DNA from: Polyangia bacterium
Lineage (GTDB): Bacteria; Myxococcota_A; Polyangia; JAAYKL01
Length of the DNA stretch: 36,667 nt
Assembly (NCBI GenBank): GCA_050287845.1
Contig: JBNKCR010000054.1
Coordinates: 1 to 36,667, forward strand
Reading direction: 5' to 3'
A program made the translations under genes and the position numbers. Under the pieces are notes generated by a model. The model did no database searches. It was given only the letters and a program-made list of their open reading frames with translations, and had not been told where the DNA came from. Positions 18,535-29,508 of the stretch are shown here, piece after piece. Position 1 is the stretch's first letter. Each line of letters begins with the position of its first letter.

Positions 18535-19068
18535 GGTTGTCGCTCCTTCATTCACCGGAAGCAGGTGAAACAAAGTGGTTCAAATCAAGTAGAGCTTACA
18601 ATATGTCGATTCATAGCATCATGAATATTTCCCGTGAATGTATTTTTTTTTTGGCCGAACCCAATACCGGCAATGATCACGCTGAAAGCTCGACATTCAT
18701 TCAGTCTGAACGTGTACTGTTCAAACATAAATTCATTTTCGATTATACCGGCTTTCTGTGCTTTTAAAAGAAGTATCTTCAATCCCATTTACATTTTTCA
18801 ATCACAGCACAATTGTTCAGCGGTTTGTCCGGTATCGGTTATGTGACACTGCACTGCCCAACCCGCAGGAACGTTGATTCACCGAAAGACAGGAAACATT
18901 CACCGTTCCATAGTGGCTTTATCTGCGGCGCTGCCGTAAATTTTTACGCAACAGAAACAGGTTGGTCGCGTATGGTCGATACAGCGTCAGGCCAGCGAGG
19001 GTTTACTTGCCCCCCCGAAGGGAGCGTTTTACGTTCGTTCGGATGTCGCCAGGAGGGAATATCCGCAC

Positions 19069-21012
19069 ATGACAAACAATACTGCCACAAAAATTTTCAC
19101 AGATAGAGTAGCGGAGTCTGCCAGCGCCGAATCGCTGTGGCCTCAATTGAAAGCTGTACTGAATACCGCACTGGAGACATATGCCAACGTTCATCGGGGA
19201 AGCGGCCACGCGTCGTTGGTAACGACTCATCTGTATGAAGCTGCCCGAAAAAAAGTTCTGGATCATTTGCACCTGAGCGCCAGAAAATACATCGTGATTT
19301 TTGCGTCGGAAGCGCGAGCAAATCGGATTGTAGAAAATTTGCCCGCCGGACACTTTCACATGGTGCACAGCGCAGATATTGGTGTGCCCGCAGGCGTGTG
19401 TGCCCTTGCAGTTGAGAAAACCGCGCTGCCGGGAGGGGACCCTGAAGAATCCGGTGGCGGCACCACGCGACTGATTGGTGAAGACTGGGTTATCTGGTCT
19501 GGCGCCCCTGACCGCTTTGAAGCCGGCACGCCGGCCATCGTGAATGTGGTAGCATTTGCCAGTGCTCTGGCATTCACTCAGCAATCCCCGCCAGGAGGCT
19601 TTCCGCCAGATGCGGCGTCATCCGTCGACGAAATTCTGTATACCGACCCCTTTGAATACCAACACGGCGAGAATCTTCTCAACGGATTGCTCGAAACCCG
19701 TATTGGCCGTCATATCACAGTTCCCACCACCCATGGGGAAAACGCATATGTGCATCTCGACCACAGCGCCAGCACACCCACATTTTCCCCCATACTGGAC
19801 GTATTCATCCGAACGCTGCAACAACCGGTAGACGTGCAGAAAGAACTTGTTGAAGAAACAGCGAAAACGGTTTGCAGAGTCTTTGATGCACCTGCGAATA
19901 CCCACACCGTTTCATTTACCGCCAATACCACCGAAGCGGTATATCTGGCCAGCCGACAGCTCAGCGCATCCATCCCCGACAACATCCGGCCCATTGTACT
20001 TTGCAGCATGCTCGAACACTCCTCAAACGATCTGCCGTGGAGACAGATTCCGGGTTGTCAGGTAATCCATATTCCAGTAGACAACGAAGGATTCCTCGAT
20101 ATGGATATATTGAAAGCGTTGTTACATAAATACAACCGTTCCGGCCGCATCGACAAGCAGCGGGTGGTGCTTGTATCTATCTCAGCTGCATCGAATGTTC
20201 TGGGCACATGCAATGACATTGCTGAGATTTCGGAAATCACTCACGCCCATGGTGCCCGTCTTTTTGTGGACGCTGCCCAGCTTGCGGCGCACCGCGCCAT
20301 CTCCGTGAAACAATGGTCGGCAGACTTTATGGCGTTTTCCGGTCACAAGGTGTATGCCCCCTTCGGCTGCGGCGCCCTCATATCAAAGCAATCCGCACCA
20401 GCGGCATACCGCTTTTCCTGTGACGACCAATACGGGGTAAATGCCGCGGGAATAGCTGCAATGGGAAAAGCGCTCGGGTTATTGGAGCGGATTGGGTTTG
20501 AGTTGATTGCATCGCGGGAGCATCAGTTGCTCCAGTATGGATTACAACAGTTGAAGAACATTCCCGGACTTCGCCTGTATGGTATCAGTGATGCGGATTC
20601 ACCGCGGCTCCGTCAGAAAGTCGCCGTCATTCCCTTTGACATCAAAAATGAAATGCCTGCCACCACCGCGCGAAATCTCGCACTCCATGGGGGGATCGGC
20701 GTTCGGTACGGCTGTCATTGCGCCCATATTATCGTCAAACAGATGCTGCATATCGGCCCGAAGCTCCAGATGTTTCAACGCGTGCTGCAGCGTCTGATTC
20801 CGCCGCTCAAATTTCAGGGGGTGGTTCGCCTCAGTTTCGGTCTCGAAAATACAATGGCAGATGTGGATGCGGTTGTCGCCACACTGATGGCGGTCTCAAC
20901 AGAAAGGTCCGCGCCCACCCCCCTGCCCCATTCAATGAAAGATACCAAAAAACGTCTGAAAGCCTTCACCGCAAAACGGGAGTCGCTGGTGTATCCGATG
21001 CCACAACAGTGA
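19069..21012 (+). CDS. Class V PLP aminotransferase / SufS-like cysteine desulfurase with internal partial duplication
   Basis: N-module YANVHRG, GGGT, FEAGTP; C-module LDHSAST, NTTEA, EHSSNDLPW, DAAQ, SGHK, RYGCHCAH. Confidence 0.88.
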   Translation: MTNNTATKIFTDRVAESASAESLWPQLKAVLNTALETYANVHRGSGHASLVTTHLYEAARKKVLDHLHLSARKYIVIFASEARANRIVENLPAGHFHMVHSADIGVPAGVCALAVEKTALPGGDPEESGGGTTRLIGEDWVIWSGAPDRFEAGTPAIVNVVAFASALAFTQQSPPGGFPPDAASSVDEILYTDPFEYQHGENLLNGLLETRIGRHITVPTTHGENAYVHLDHSASTPTFSPILDVFIRTLQQPVDVQKELVEETAKTVCRVFDAPANTHTVSFTANTTEAVYLASRQLSASIPDNIRPIVLCSMLEHSSNDLPWRQIPGCQVIHIPVDNEGFLDMDILKALLHKYNRSGRIDKQRVVLVSISAASNVLGTCNDIAEISEITHAHGARLFVDAAQLAAHRAISVKQWSADFMAFSGHKVYAPFGCGALISKQSAPAAYRFSCDDQYGVNAAGIAAMGKALGLLERIGFELIASREHQLLQYGLQQLKNIPGLRLYGISDADSPRLRQKVAVIPFDIKNEMPATTARNLALHGGIGVRYGCHCAHIIVKQMLHIGPKLQMFQRVLQRLIPPLKFQGVVRLSFGLENTMADVDAVVATLMAVSTERSAPTPLPHSMKDTKKRLKAFTAKRESLVYPMPQQ

Positions 21013-21063
21013 ATTGCTGCGTCTTCCAGAATCGATATGTCGAAAATTGCCGGCGTCTGACAT

Positions 21064-22632
21064 TCAACCCCGCTGGTAGTACCGGATATAATCAATGACG
21101 TAATTACTGGGAAAGTAGGTATGGGTTGCGTCCCCACCCGCATCACCGCCAATGGCGAGGTTCACCAGAATATAGTGAGGCTGGCGAAACGGAGCACTGC
21201 CATCCGGGTTGAGCATGTCGTCAATGGTTGTGGTATTCAATTCCTCCCCATCCAGCACCAGTCGTATCTCATTTTCATCCCAGAACATCTGCCAGACATG
21301 AAACCGGGCGTCCCAGTCCTCCACCCCGAAATCGCCAATGGCGCGAAACGCACTGTCCCATTTGGCCTCCCAACGCTGGTTGGTGCCACAGGCCACGTTG
21401 GCATGAATCCCGCCACCGTAATATTCCATCACATCCACCTCGCCATTGGAGGGCCACTCGCCGGACTCGCCAAGGGTCCAGAACGCCGGCCACAATCCTT
21501 CCTCCGCCACCAGTCTCGCTCTCATTTCAATGATGCCGTATTGAAACGTTCTTTTCGACATGGTTCGCAGACTCGTCGACGTGTACTCCCCATTTTCGGG
21601 TGCGGATTCCCTTCGCCCCTGAATCACAAGAAATCCAGCCTGAACAAACGCATTGTCTTCCTGATAATACTGCCACTCGTTGTTTCTCACGTACCCGCTC
21701 TCATACCCCCAATCCGCACTGTTGGGCCGTCCATCAACATCGAACTCATCGGACCAGATCAATTGATATCCGTCCGGCACGGGAATATCGGTATCCACCT
21801 GTTCTCCACAGGATAAAAACGCAATACCACTGCACTGAATGCGGGCATTGCCCCAATCAGCATGGTCACTGCCGCTATCACCATCATCGTTCACCAGCAG
21901 TTGCAACTCCTGCACCCCCGAAATATCCACATCGAGGGCAACCGGCGCGTCCGAACCATACAGCACGGCTGTCTGATGCAACAGGATGCCATCTCCCCAT
22001 ACCTCAAATACAACGGATCCGGCGGATTTCATTTCTTCGTCAATGCCCACTTCTGATTGAAAGGAATCGCAATGGCCTGCCACCGTGTAGACAACCTCCG
22101 CCGGTGCGTGCAGGCCCAGCCCCTTGCTGTACACGCCTCCTTCAATAATGAGGGGGCCACCATCCCGGGCAGCTTCCTCGCCATTGCTCAAATCTTTTTC
22201 AATCGGACCCCAACCATTGGTGGAACTGTTCTTTTCACAGATATCGCTGAGGTAGAACTCGCGAACCGACGTGTCGGTATCCTCGATAAAAACCTGTCCG
22301 GTATCATCGTCAGTATCCGACGAGGTGTCCGATTCGGAATCCGTCGCCCCTGAATCGGAATCGTCCGAATCGGAATCGGAATCCGTATCGGTATCAGTAT
22401 CCGTGTCTGCGTCCGTATCCATATCAGAATCAGTGCCGGTGTCTGCATCTGTGTCCGCATCCGAATCCGTATCGGTGTCCACATCTGTATCGGTGTCTGT
22501 GTCGGTGTCGGTATCCGTGTCCGTGTCAGTATGTGCATCCGAGTTTTCACCGGACGATGAAGCGTCCGAGCATGCAATAAAAAATCCGAAAGCATGTAAA
22601 GAGAACAGAATAAGAATCTGGCTGGTTTTCAA
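21064..22632 (-). CDS. Lipoprotein with DT linker, NPCBM/NEW2 domain and GH16 (beta-1,3-glucanase-like) domain
   Basis: TTG start with GAAGGAG; FIAC lipobox; NGWGPIEKD, KGLGLHA, DHADW; WSDEFD, GLWPAFW, catalytic GEVDVME. Confidence 0.9.
   Translation of the reverse strand: MKTSQILILFSLHAFGFFIACSDASSSGENSDAHTDTDTDTDTDTDTDTDVDTDTDSDADTDADTGTDSDMDTDADTDTDTDTDSDSDSDDSDSGATDSESDTSSDTDDDTGQVFIEDTDTSVREFYLSDICEKNSSTNGWGPIEKDLSNGEEAARDGGPLIIEGGVYSKGLGLHAPAEVVYTVAGHCDSFQSEVGIDEEMKSAGSVVFEVWGDGILLHQTAVLYGSDAPVALDVDISGVQELQLLVNDDGDSGSDHADWGNARIQCSGIAFLSCGEQVDTDIPVPDGYQLIWSDEFDVDGRPNSADWGYESGYVRNNEWQYYQEDNAFVQAGFLVIQGRRESAPENGEYTSTSLRTMSKRTFQYGIIEMRARLVAEEGLWPAFWTLGESGEWPSNGEVDVMEYYGGGIHANVACGTNQRWEAKWDSAFRAIGDFGVEDWDARFHVWQMFWDENEIRLVLDGEELNTTTIDDMLNPDGSAPFRQPHYILVNLAIGGDAGGDATHTYFPSNYVIDYIRYYQRG
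22320..22530 (-). repeat. Degenerate 6-bp coding repeat, (D-T/S)n linker
   Basis: Encodes TDTDTDTD..DSDSD in the GH16 protein; synonymous positions vary. Confidence 0.85.
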
Positions 22633-22756
22633 GGTTCACTCCTTCAGACTCGAGTCCACTCAATTCACATTCTACACGAATCAGCCAAAGGAGGAAAAAA
22701 CAAACATCAGCGTGACGTGTTCAATCCACTCACATTTTCACATATTCCCGCAAGCC

Positions 22757-23278
22757 TCAATGTCGGCGAATTGTGGTACGGAACCGTTGCCTGTGACTGT
22801 GCCGGGCATAACTGTCAAAATCAATATCGTACGCGACTTCCACCTCTTCGGTCTCAATATTTATCAGAAACTGGATTGCGTGTTTTGTCTGCAGCCACAC
22901 GTTATCTCTGGGCTCGTTCAACCACTGCTTCAGCGTGGCAAAATGCCCACTCTCAAACTGAGCAATCAAATCCTCTCTCAATGCTTTCACCGTCGCATAC
23001 ACCGTAATTCGATACGGCTGAGCCGAACTGGACGTCACGTCATTTGCCACATCCTCCGCCGGTGGCGTGTAACGGACGGACAGTATCACCAGCCGACCTT
23101 CCTGCTTTATATACCGATCGTAGTTGGACTTGAGCTGACTGGGATCATCGCTGAAGTTCAGCTCTATCAGCCGGAATATCGGACTATCCGCCAACAGTCG
23201 CTCCAAATCTTCAGCGTGTACAAAATAGGTCTGATCTTTATTCAATCTGGTTTTGTGGACAATGGGTAAAAAGCTCAT
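22757..23278 (-). CDS. Hypothetical protein
   Basis: ATG 23278 behind AAGGAG; protein-like composition; fills the gap in a minus-strand run. Confidence 0.68.
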   Translation of the reverse strand: MSFLPIVHKTRLNKDQTYFVHAEDLERLLADSPIFRLIELNFSDDPSQLKSNYDRYIKQEGRLVILSVRYTPPAEDVANDVTSSSAQPYRITVYATVKALREDLIAQFESGHFATLKQWLNEPRDNVWLQTKHAIQFLINIETEEVEVAYDIDFDSYARHSHRQRFRTTIRRH

Positions 23279-23451
23279 GCAACTCCTTATAAATGCAGCC
23301 ATGCTGTGGATGGTGGACGCGCCACCGGATTTACAGGAATCAGTTTACCGAACGTACCATGGTTTCAAAATTAATTGAGACAGTTTTTTTCTGAGTCCAC
23401 ACAGATGCCACCCCCAACGGCATTCGGACGGCGGCGGAATCGTCAACAAAT

Positions 23452-24021
23452 TCAGTCGTCCTTGTCTCCAGGGGATGGTTTCTTTCCGAATATGTTGAAA
23501 TCCTTTGCCTTATCCATTATGGACGATTTCTGTTCCTCGCTCATGTTATCGTACATATTTTTGATGGAGTTCATCTGCTCCGGCGTCAGTTTTTTCATGA
23601 GTTTCCCCACCATACCCATCATCTGAGGCAGGCTCATATTCTTGATATTATTCAAATCCAACCCGGCAAACACTGCGGGATCCAGTCCGGCAAACATGGA
23701 CATATCAATACCTTCAAACATCCCGGGGTCAAATCCTTCCGACGTGGATGAATCGGCTACTTCAACCTGATTTTCAGGCTTTGGAAAAAAAATGATTTTT
23801 TCAGGCGACTTCTCATGGGCAATCTGAATGTCATCCAGTGTCTTGAGCACCCTGTTCAGATTGATTCCCTTTTTCTCCGCCGCGTCATACAGCCGCTCCA
23901 GACCAAAGGCCACTTTCTTTTCGGGAAACCCATTCTTCTTGATATTGTCGATAATATTCTGAACAAATTTGCGATATTCCGGGTCACTCAACTCATTCAA
24001 CCCGTTCTGTTCATTACTCAT
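23452..24021 (-). CDS. Hypothetical protein with Met-rich helical C-terminus
   Basis: Directly follows folE; GAGG RBS; start 24021 or GTG 24027; short G-x-D-x3-F repeats. Confidence 0.8.
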   Translation of the reverse strand: MSNEQNGLNELSDPEYRKFVQNIIDNIKKNGFPEKKVAFGLERLYDAAEKKGINLNRVLKTLDDIQIAHEKSPEKIIFFPKPENQVEVADSSTSEGFDPGMFEGIDMSMFAGLDPAVFAGLDLNNIKNMSLPQMMGMVGKLMKKLTPEQMNSIKNMYDNMSEEQKSSIMDKAKDFNIFGKKPSPGDKDD

Positions 24022-24043
24022 GGTCACCTCGCTCCCATTATTC

Positions 24044-24601
24044 TTATCGGTGAATCAATTGTAAAAATTCGGTTCGTGCGGCCACTTCATCGTGCAGTGC
24101 CCCAAGAACCGTGGAAGTGGTCATCACCGAATTCTGCTTTTCCACCCCGCGCATCATCATGCACAGATGACGGCATTCCATCACCACACCCACGCCCACC
24201 GCATCCACCGCGTCCATAATTTCCTGGGCAATCTGCGCGGTCAGTCGCTCCTGAATCTGCAATCTGCGGGCATAGCAGTCCACAATCCGCGCCAACTTGC
24301 TGACACCCAGAACTTTTTTGTCAGCGATATATCCAATGTGGCATTTGCCAAAAAACGGCAACATATGATGCTCGCACAGACTGTATACTTCAATATCGCG
24401 GGCAATAATCATGTTGTTCACTTCTGATTCAAACACCGCATTATTAATGACATCTTCGGGCTTCTGCGCGTATCCCCGGGTCAGAAACTCCCAGGACTTC
24501 GCCACCCGTTTCGGTGTTTCCAGCAGGCCCTCCCGCTCGGGGTTCTCACCGATTTCTATCAGCAATTCCCGAATCAATTCTTCCACACGCGCTCTGTTCA
24601 T
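24044..24601 (-). CDS. folE: GTP cyclohydrolase I
   Basis: [47 protein letters not shown]. Confidence 0.97.
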   Translation of the reverse strand: MNRARVEELIRELLIEIGENPEREGLLETPKRVAKSWEFLTRGYAQKPEDVINNAVFESEVNNMIIARDIEVYSLCEHHMLPFFGKCHIGYIADKKVLGVSKLARIVDCYARRLQIQERLTAQIAQEIMDAVDAVGVGVVMECRHLCMMMRGVEKQNSVMTTSTVLGALHDEVAARTEFLQLIHR

Positions 24602-24604
24602 CTG

Positions 24605-25141
24605 TTACTCCTTTGCCTTCAACCTGTTTTTCACGCCGAGGGTAACCACAACGTTTTTCGTCAAACAGGTGGTATCGAGTGTGTTTACCACATCTCCAAG
24701 TAAATCGTCACACCCGGGAAGGCAAATATTTCCTGCAACTTCCAACAGTGGCAGGGCCACAAACACCCTTTTCCAGATATCTCTATCCGGAATCTGCAGT
24801 TCCGGGTCCTCCACCACGTGATTTTCAAAGAGCAGAATATCCAAATCCAACGGCCGATCCGAAAAGCGGTCTGCGATTCGCACCCGACCGAGCATCTCCT
24901 CCACCGGTCGCAGCACTTCATACTTCAGTTGCATTGCAGTCAGCCCGGTCGACAGTTGCAACACGCCATTCAGAAATGGGGGCTGAGACACCACCTCGCC
25001 ACTCTTTCCGATGGCCTCACTCCAATAGAAGGAAGACGCCGCCACAACCGACACCCGCTGCATCAGCAAATCCAGTCCCCGCAACACATTTTTTTCAGGA
25101 TTGATGTTGGTACCCACCCCAACAAACACGGTCTGTTTCAA
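24605..25141 (-). CDS. folK: 2-amino-4-hydroxy-6-hydroxymethyldihydropteridine pyrophosphokinase
   Basis: VGVGTN, FLNGV, E..LGRVR, RPLDLDILLF, RVFVALPL; TTG 25141 is the likely start. Confidence 0.92.
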   Translation of the reverse strand: MKQTVFVGVGTNINPEKNVLRGLDLLMQRVSVVAASSFYWSEAIGKSGEVVSQPPFLNGVLQLSTGLTAMQLKYEVLRPVEEMLGRVRIADRFSDRPLDLDILLFENHVVEDPELQIPDRDIWKRVFVALPLLEVAGNICLPGCDDLLGDVVNTLDTTCLTKNVVVTLGVKNRLKAKE

Positions 25142-25192
25142 TGGATTCCCCCAATAGGCGCACATTCTCCGGGATGGTGCGCCACCGTTGGT

Positions 25193-27013
25193 TCAGCCCC
25201 CGTTCATGGGCCTGCATTCACTGGTGGCCGAACTGAAACCGGTCAACGTCAATCTGTAACTCGACGCGCGGGGTTGGCGCTCGGCCTGAAACACCACTGC
25301 TTCATATAATTTACCATTTTCCAGTCCAATATCTCTCGCCACCGTATTCAACTCCACCTGCCGTTCGGTAGGCACATGAACCCCGCCCATATCAATCACC
25401 AACTGCTGATTCACAAACACCCAGACATCGTCATCGCCGAAAAACCCGATTCTCTGTGCTGAAGACGAGGAATACACAAACCGGAAATGCAACTCGCTGG
25501 TAAAAAAGAAATTATGTTCATAACTGTATTTATCGGGTCGTTCGATGTTGTTGTGTATCAAATACGTTTCTTCCTGTGTCCAGCCGCCGTCATACGGTTC
25601 GCCAGCCGGCACCTGCGCAGTGGCGGTAAACGTATCAAAATTGTTTCCATCAATGGGGAAAAACAGCGGGTTGCCATCCATTTGCACTGTCTCCCCCCAC
25701 TTGATCGCACAAACCTTATAACTGTCGGGCCAGAACAGATTGCAGTCCAACAGGCATTCATACCCTTCGGCTTCAGTATAGTTCAGGGCGTCGCAATCCG
25801 CACAGGTTCCTCCCTCGTCTGCGCAGTCCATGGGGGATTCCGGATCATGTGGAGTGCGGGAAAACCGGGTTCCATTTTCCAGCCAACGATTCACATATGC
25901 GCCGTCATCGTTTCGCCACAGGGTCATTGTCCCTGTCATTATTTCTGCCGCCACCGTATCGTCCCGTTTCACATCATGGGCAAACCACTGGGCAAATGAC
26001 GTCGCATCATGTATATCATCGCATCCATCCGGGTTTCCGGTTGTCTGCGTGTACGATTCATTCAATACCGGCTTTCCGGTACCGGGATCGAGTACCGCAT
26101 TTACCAGTCCCTCAGAAGCCACTGCACAATTGTCGAGATCGCTCTGCAGAACAACAAAATCCGGGTTGACGCCCCCCTTGGCTTCATCCATAAAATCCCG
26201 GTATACCACAGGCAGCAGAATGGAATCACCGAATGATGCGTGCGTACAGGTGTATCCCGGTTCCACGGTGCAATCCGCCCCACAGCCATCTCCCTCCTCG
26301 CGGTTCCCGTCGTCACAGTCTTCCCCTGTCATGACAAATCCATCTCCGCACACCGTCGCGCAGCCGGCGGTATCCGAACAGTCGGGTTCCAGCTGACACC
26401 GATGATCACAACCGTCCCCCATCAGGACATTTCCGTCGTCGCAGACCTCCGCCGGACCTTTGATCCCGTTACCACAGACAGTGTCCGTCTCCGCGTCAGG
26501 ATCCGTGGGCATCGTGGATTCAGAATCCACGAACGTGCCGGTATCACTGTCTCTTTCTGTATCGGTGGTTTCCGTTTCGATTTCGCTTCCGGTGCCGCTG
26601 TCATTACCCGTACTATCGCTCCAGGTGTCCTCCGTCGCCGTGTCGTTGCTCGAAGTGTCGCTCCCCGTGTCACCAATTCCGGTATCCGAATCCGTTGCCG
26701 TATCGCGTGTTGTTTCGGTATAGGTGTCCCCGGTGCTGTCTGTATCCACCGGGGTATCAGTGTCCGGTTCCAGACACTGAAAAACGCCATTCTCTTTCCG
26801 GCATTCCCTGCCCACCACCGAACAATCGGTCCAGAGCATCCATTGCCCATCTGAACAGAGTTCAATCGTCCCACCACCCACGCCACAACGGACCTGCATT
26901 TCGGTACACATATGGTCAGCGCTCAGGTCATCCACGCATCCGGCTACCCAGAACGCTGTTGCGGCAATCCATAAAAAGGCCCTCACCGGGACCATTAATT
27001 TTGCACACGTCAT
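25193..27013 (-). CDS. Fibro-slime (PA14-like) lipoprotein with D/T/S linker and Myxococcus-type Cys-rich repeats
   Basis: VAGC lipobox; CGNG..EVCDDGN..GDGC and [38 protein letters not shown]; start uncertain. Confidence 0.9.
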   Translation of the reverse strand: MTCAKLMVPVRAFLWIAATAFWVAGCVDDLSADHMCTEMQVRCGVGGGTIELCSDGQWMLWTDCSVVGRECRKENGVFQCLEPDTDTPVDTDSTGDTYTETTRDTATDSDTGIGDTGSDTSSNDTATEDTWSDSTGNDSGTGSEIETETTDTERDSDTGTFVDSESTMPTDPDAETDTVCGNGIKGPAEVCDDGNVLMGDGCDHRCQLEPDCSDTAGCATVCGDGFVMTGEDCDDGNREEGDGCGADCTVEPGYTCTHASFGDSILLPVVYRDFMDEAKGGVNPDFVVLQSDLDNCAVASEGLVNAVLDPGTGKPVLNESYTQTTGNPDGCDDIHDATSFAQWFAHDVKRDDTVAAEIMTGTMTLWRNDDGAYVNRWLENGTRFSRTPHDPESPMDCADEGGTCADCDALNYTEAEGYECLLDCNLFWPDSYKVCAIKWGETVQMDGNPLFFPIDGNNFDTFTATAQVPAGEPYDGGWTQEETYLIHNNIERPDKYSYEHNFFFTSELHFRFVYSSSSAQRIGFFGDDDVWVFVNQQLVIDMGGVHVPTERQVELNTVARDIGLENGKLYEAVVFQAERQPRASSYRLTLTGFSSATSECRPMNGG

Positions 27014-27108
27014 TTTACCAAATTCTCCGTTACCGTTGAAACACGCCATCGGGCATTCACAATAAAACAATTGATTCCATCAATAACATAATCAGAAGGG
27101 ACGCGAGG

Positions 27109-27161
27109 AAAAAAATCAGACGCGCTGCCAAAAACCATCCACGTAGAGGCAGCGCTCTTTT
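27109..27161. terminator. Possible intrinsic terminator after the glycosyltransferase
   Basis: GCGCTGCC/GGCAGCGC stem with A-run on the left and T-run on the right; 18-nt loop is atypically large. Confidence 0.3.
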
Positions 27162-27212
27162 CGAAACATACAATTCATCGGAATGCCTTGCCCATGCGAG
27201 GCCATGCAATCC

Positions 27213-28817
27213 TCATTGGCGGATAATGGACACAATCTCTATCAGATCGTGCTTCAGCATCCACATCAGCACAAAACGGGTTCGCCAGCTGTCACCGAAT
27301 TCCTGCAGCAGACAGGCAATGCTTTTCTGCTCCAGGCAGTGAGTGACAATCCCCTTCACTCTGGCCTGATCCACCAGGTCCGACATATTCGGCAGCAGCG
27401 GATAATCCACATTGGCCCGTAGCAGCTCTCTGGAAAAATCCGTCGCGCACACCACATCCTCATCGGACAGCAGTCCCGTCACATAATGAGAGAAAGTATT
27501 GAACAAATCCATTTTCATGGGTGGCAAAGGGGCGTCGTTCAACGAAAACTGCAGTTTTCCTGACAGCCACAGTTTCTCCAGCCGGGCAATGATGTCCCGG
27601 TGTGAAAACAGCCTCAGAAACCGTTCTTTTGCCTGTCGCCCCAATGTCGCACGCAATCGGGCATCGGTGTACATCTGTCGCAGCGCGTCTTTGAGCGCCG
27701 GCATATCGATGCTCGTCGCCTGCGCCACATATCGGTGCAGCGTTCGCATGTCCATCACCGACTCCACCGCTCCGATACCATCCATCTGCGTCCACAGGGT
27801 AGGCACCCGAATCCCCGCCTCATCACCAGCCAGCTCGCGATATCCGTCATAGTCCGAAACCACAACAGGAATACCCGCATGCATGGCCTCAAGGACCGTC
27901 AACCCGAATGTTTCCTGGGGATTGTCCGCGATGGAAACAAAAAAGTCCGCCGCTGAAAACAGCGCCAGTTTCTTTTCGTTATTGGGTTCCACCACAAACT
28001 CCACCTGCTTTGTCAATCCCAGCGCCCTCACCCACAGTTGCAGAATCTGATAGTACTCCGCATCGTGCACGGCACCGGCAAGCACCATGCGATTTCGATC
28101 TCCGTGAATGGTCCGGAATGCCTGAAGCAGAGGAAACAGGTCCATCTTGTCAAAATCCGAAAACCGGCCAAAACACAGACCCACGACCTCGTCGTTCCGA
28201 TATCCCAGCTGCCTTCGGGCCAGCGAGCGATCCATGCATCCAGGTGGTTCATCAATGCCAAGGGGGATGACACTCAGATTCGCCCGGGAAACAGGACTAT
28301 TTTGCATCGACACATTTTTCAGACAGGTTTCCACCACCTTTTTGCCGCATTCCGACGAACAGACAATGGTGTCGCTGGCGGAAAGTCCCGAAAAAAGAAG
28401 CTCCAGATATTTTCCCATGTGGGCGGGATAACTGAGGGAGTGGATAAACGCGCTGATGGGCACCCGCACTTGCAACTCATTTCGCAGCCGCGCCAGAGAT
28501 GCCATATGCGTAACATGATCTGCGAGGTGCATCACAGTATAATCGTATTTCTGCATATGCTCCGGTAAATCCAGACGGTCAAACAAACGGATTTTCTTCG
28601 CGACTTCCGGCATCTCCAGATACTTCGCATGTTTTTCCCGAAACAGATTCCGATGGGCGCGATTGGAAAGAAAAAAATGGTACTCGTCAAAAGTGCCGTA
28701 CCGCATCAGGGCGCTGAAAAAATAATGATTGGCCATATTTCGCCCCACCATGACAGGGCCTCCCCCGGGTGGGACGAAATCGTCCAACGTGGCAAATATC
28801 CTACGATTGGCGTTCAT
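27213..28817 (-). CDS. Glycosyltransferase family 4 (GT-B) with C-terminal extension
   Basis: VIPLGID, FGRFSDFDK, QETFGLTVLEAMHAGIPVVVSDYDGYRE (E-x7-E motif). Confidence 0.9.
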   Translation of the reverse strand: MNANRRIFATLDDFVPPGGGPVMVGRNMANHYFFSALMRYGTFDEYHFFLSNRAHRNLFREKHAKYLEMPEVAKKIRLFDRLDLPEHMQKYDYTVMHLADHVTHMASLARLRNELQVRVPISAFIHSLSYPAHMGKYLELLFSGLSASDTIVCSSECGKKVVETCLKNVSMQNSPVSRANLSVIPLGIDEPPGCMDRSLARRQLGYRNDEVVGLCFGRFSDFDKMDLFPLLQAFRTIHGDRNRMVLAGAVHDAEYYQILQLWVRALGLTKQVEFVVEPNNEKKLALFSAADFFVSIADNPQETFGLTVLEAMHAGIPVVVSDYDGYRELAGDEAGIRVPTLWTQMDGIGAVESVMDMRTLHRYVAQATSIDMPALKDALRQMYTDARLRATLGRQAKERFLRLFSHRDIIARLEKLWLSGKLQFSLNDAPLPPMKMDLFNTFSHYVTGLLSDEDVVCATDFSRELLRANVDYPLLPNMSDLVDQARVKGIVTHCLEQKSIACLLQEFGDSWRTRFVLMWMLKHDLIEIVSIIRQ

Positions 28818-28995
28818 GGTGGGTATTACGACACCCGCCCGGGTTATTTAAGTCCTTTTCGCCAGCCATTTGCACCCCATCAAATATCGCCAAATAATTA
28901 CGTATGGGAGCAATTATTCCGCATCTGTTTCAACCGACATCTGTACGAAACTGAAGCGACCCAAAAACAGAAATTTGAAAAAAGGGGAAATCGCC

Positions 28996-29460
28996 ATGAT
29001 GAAAATGAAACTCAGTATTTCCATATTGCTCGTGGCGCTCGCCACCTGGCTGGTGGTGGCGTGCGACGGGGATGCGGATCTGGTTCAAACCACATCCGGA
29101 AGTGACAGCGATACCGATACCGACACCGATTCCGACACCGATTCCGACACCGATTCCGACACCGATTCCGACACTGATTCCGATTCCGACACCGATTCCA
29201 GTAACGTCAACGATTCAGATACCGACAACGGACCGTCTGCTGCAGACATAAAGGATTGCAAAGAGATTTGCACCATGTCCAACAAATGCGTTGGCGAAGA
29301 GACCATTGGCTACTCGCTCCAGGAATGCAACGACGGTTGCGAGGAAGGTGGCGGGCCCAGAGAGCAGTACGGAGATCAGTATGACTGCGTGGTAGGTTGC
29401 AGTTCCGCCTCCGAATGCATCCTCTGGTCCCTGTGTATCGTCAATTGCTCCGGAGATTGA
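28996..29460 (+). CDS. Small lipoprotein with DT/DS linker and Cys-rich C-terminal domain
   Basis: GGGG RBS, signal peptide ending VVAC, (DTDS)n, repeated C-x3-C pairs. Confidence 0.85.
   Translation: MMKMKLSISILLVALATWLVVACDGDADLVQTTSGSDSDTDTDTDSDTDSDTDSDTDSDTDSDSDTDSSNVNDSDTDNGPSAADIKDCKEICTMSNKCVGEETIGYSLQECNDGCEEGGGPREQYGDQYDCVVGCSSASECILWSLCIVNCSGD
29122..29199 (+). repeat. 12-bp tandem repeat GACACCGATTCC
   Basis: Four perfect copies at 29122-29169, then variant/partial copies. Confidence 0.9.
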
Positions 29461-29508
29461 AGTCAGGAATCGGATTTCGCAATCAGCGCCCATCGCCTGA
29501 AATTCGGT

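Noticed and set aside
18585..18788. 67-aa minus-strand ORF
   Set aside because: AT-rich intergenic-like DNA, no RBS or motif.
22271..23269. Long SVSVSV/RIRIRI ORFs (also 29085-29306, 35417-36133, 35607-36032)
   Set aside because: Antisense or shifted readings of DT-repeat codons.
24044..24601. folE plus RaSEA-like gene as a 7-deazaguanine modification cluster
   Set aside because: About 12 kb apart; folE is paired with folK; no queC/D/E, tgt or dpdA in the window.
29104..29199. CRISPR-like array
   Set aside because: No spacers; in-frame coding tandem repeat; no cas genes.
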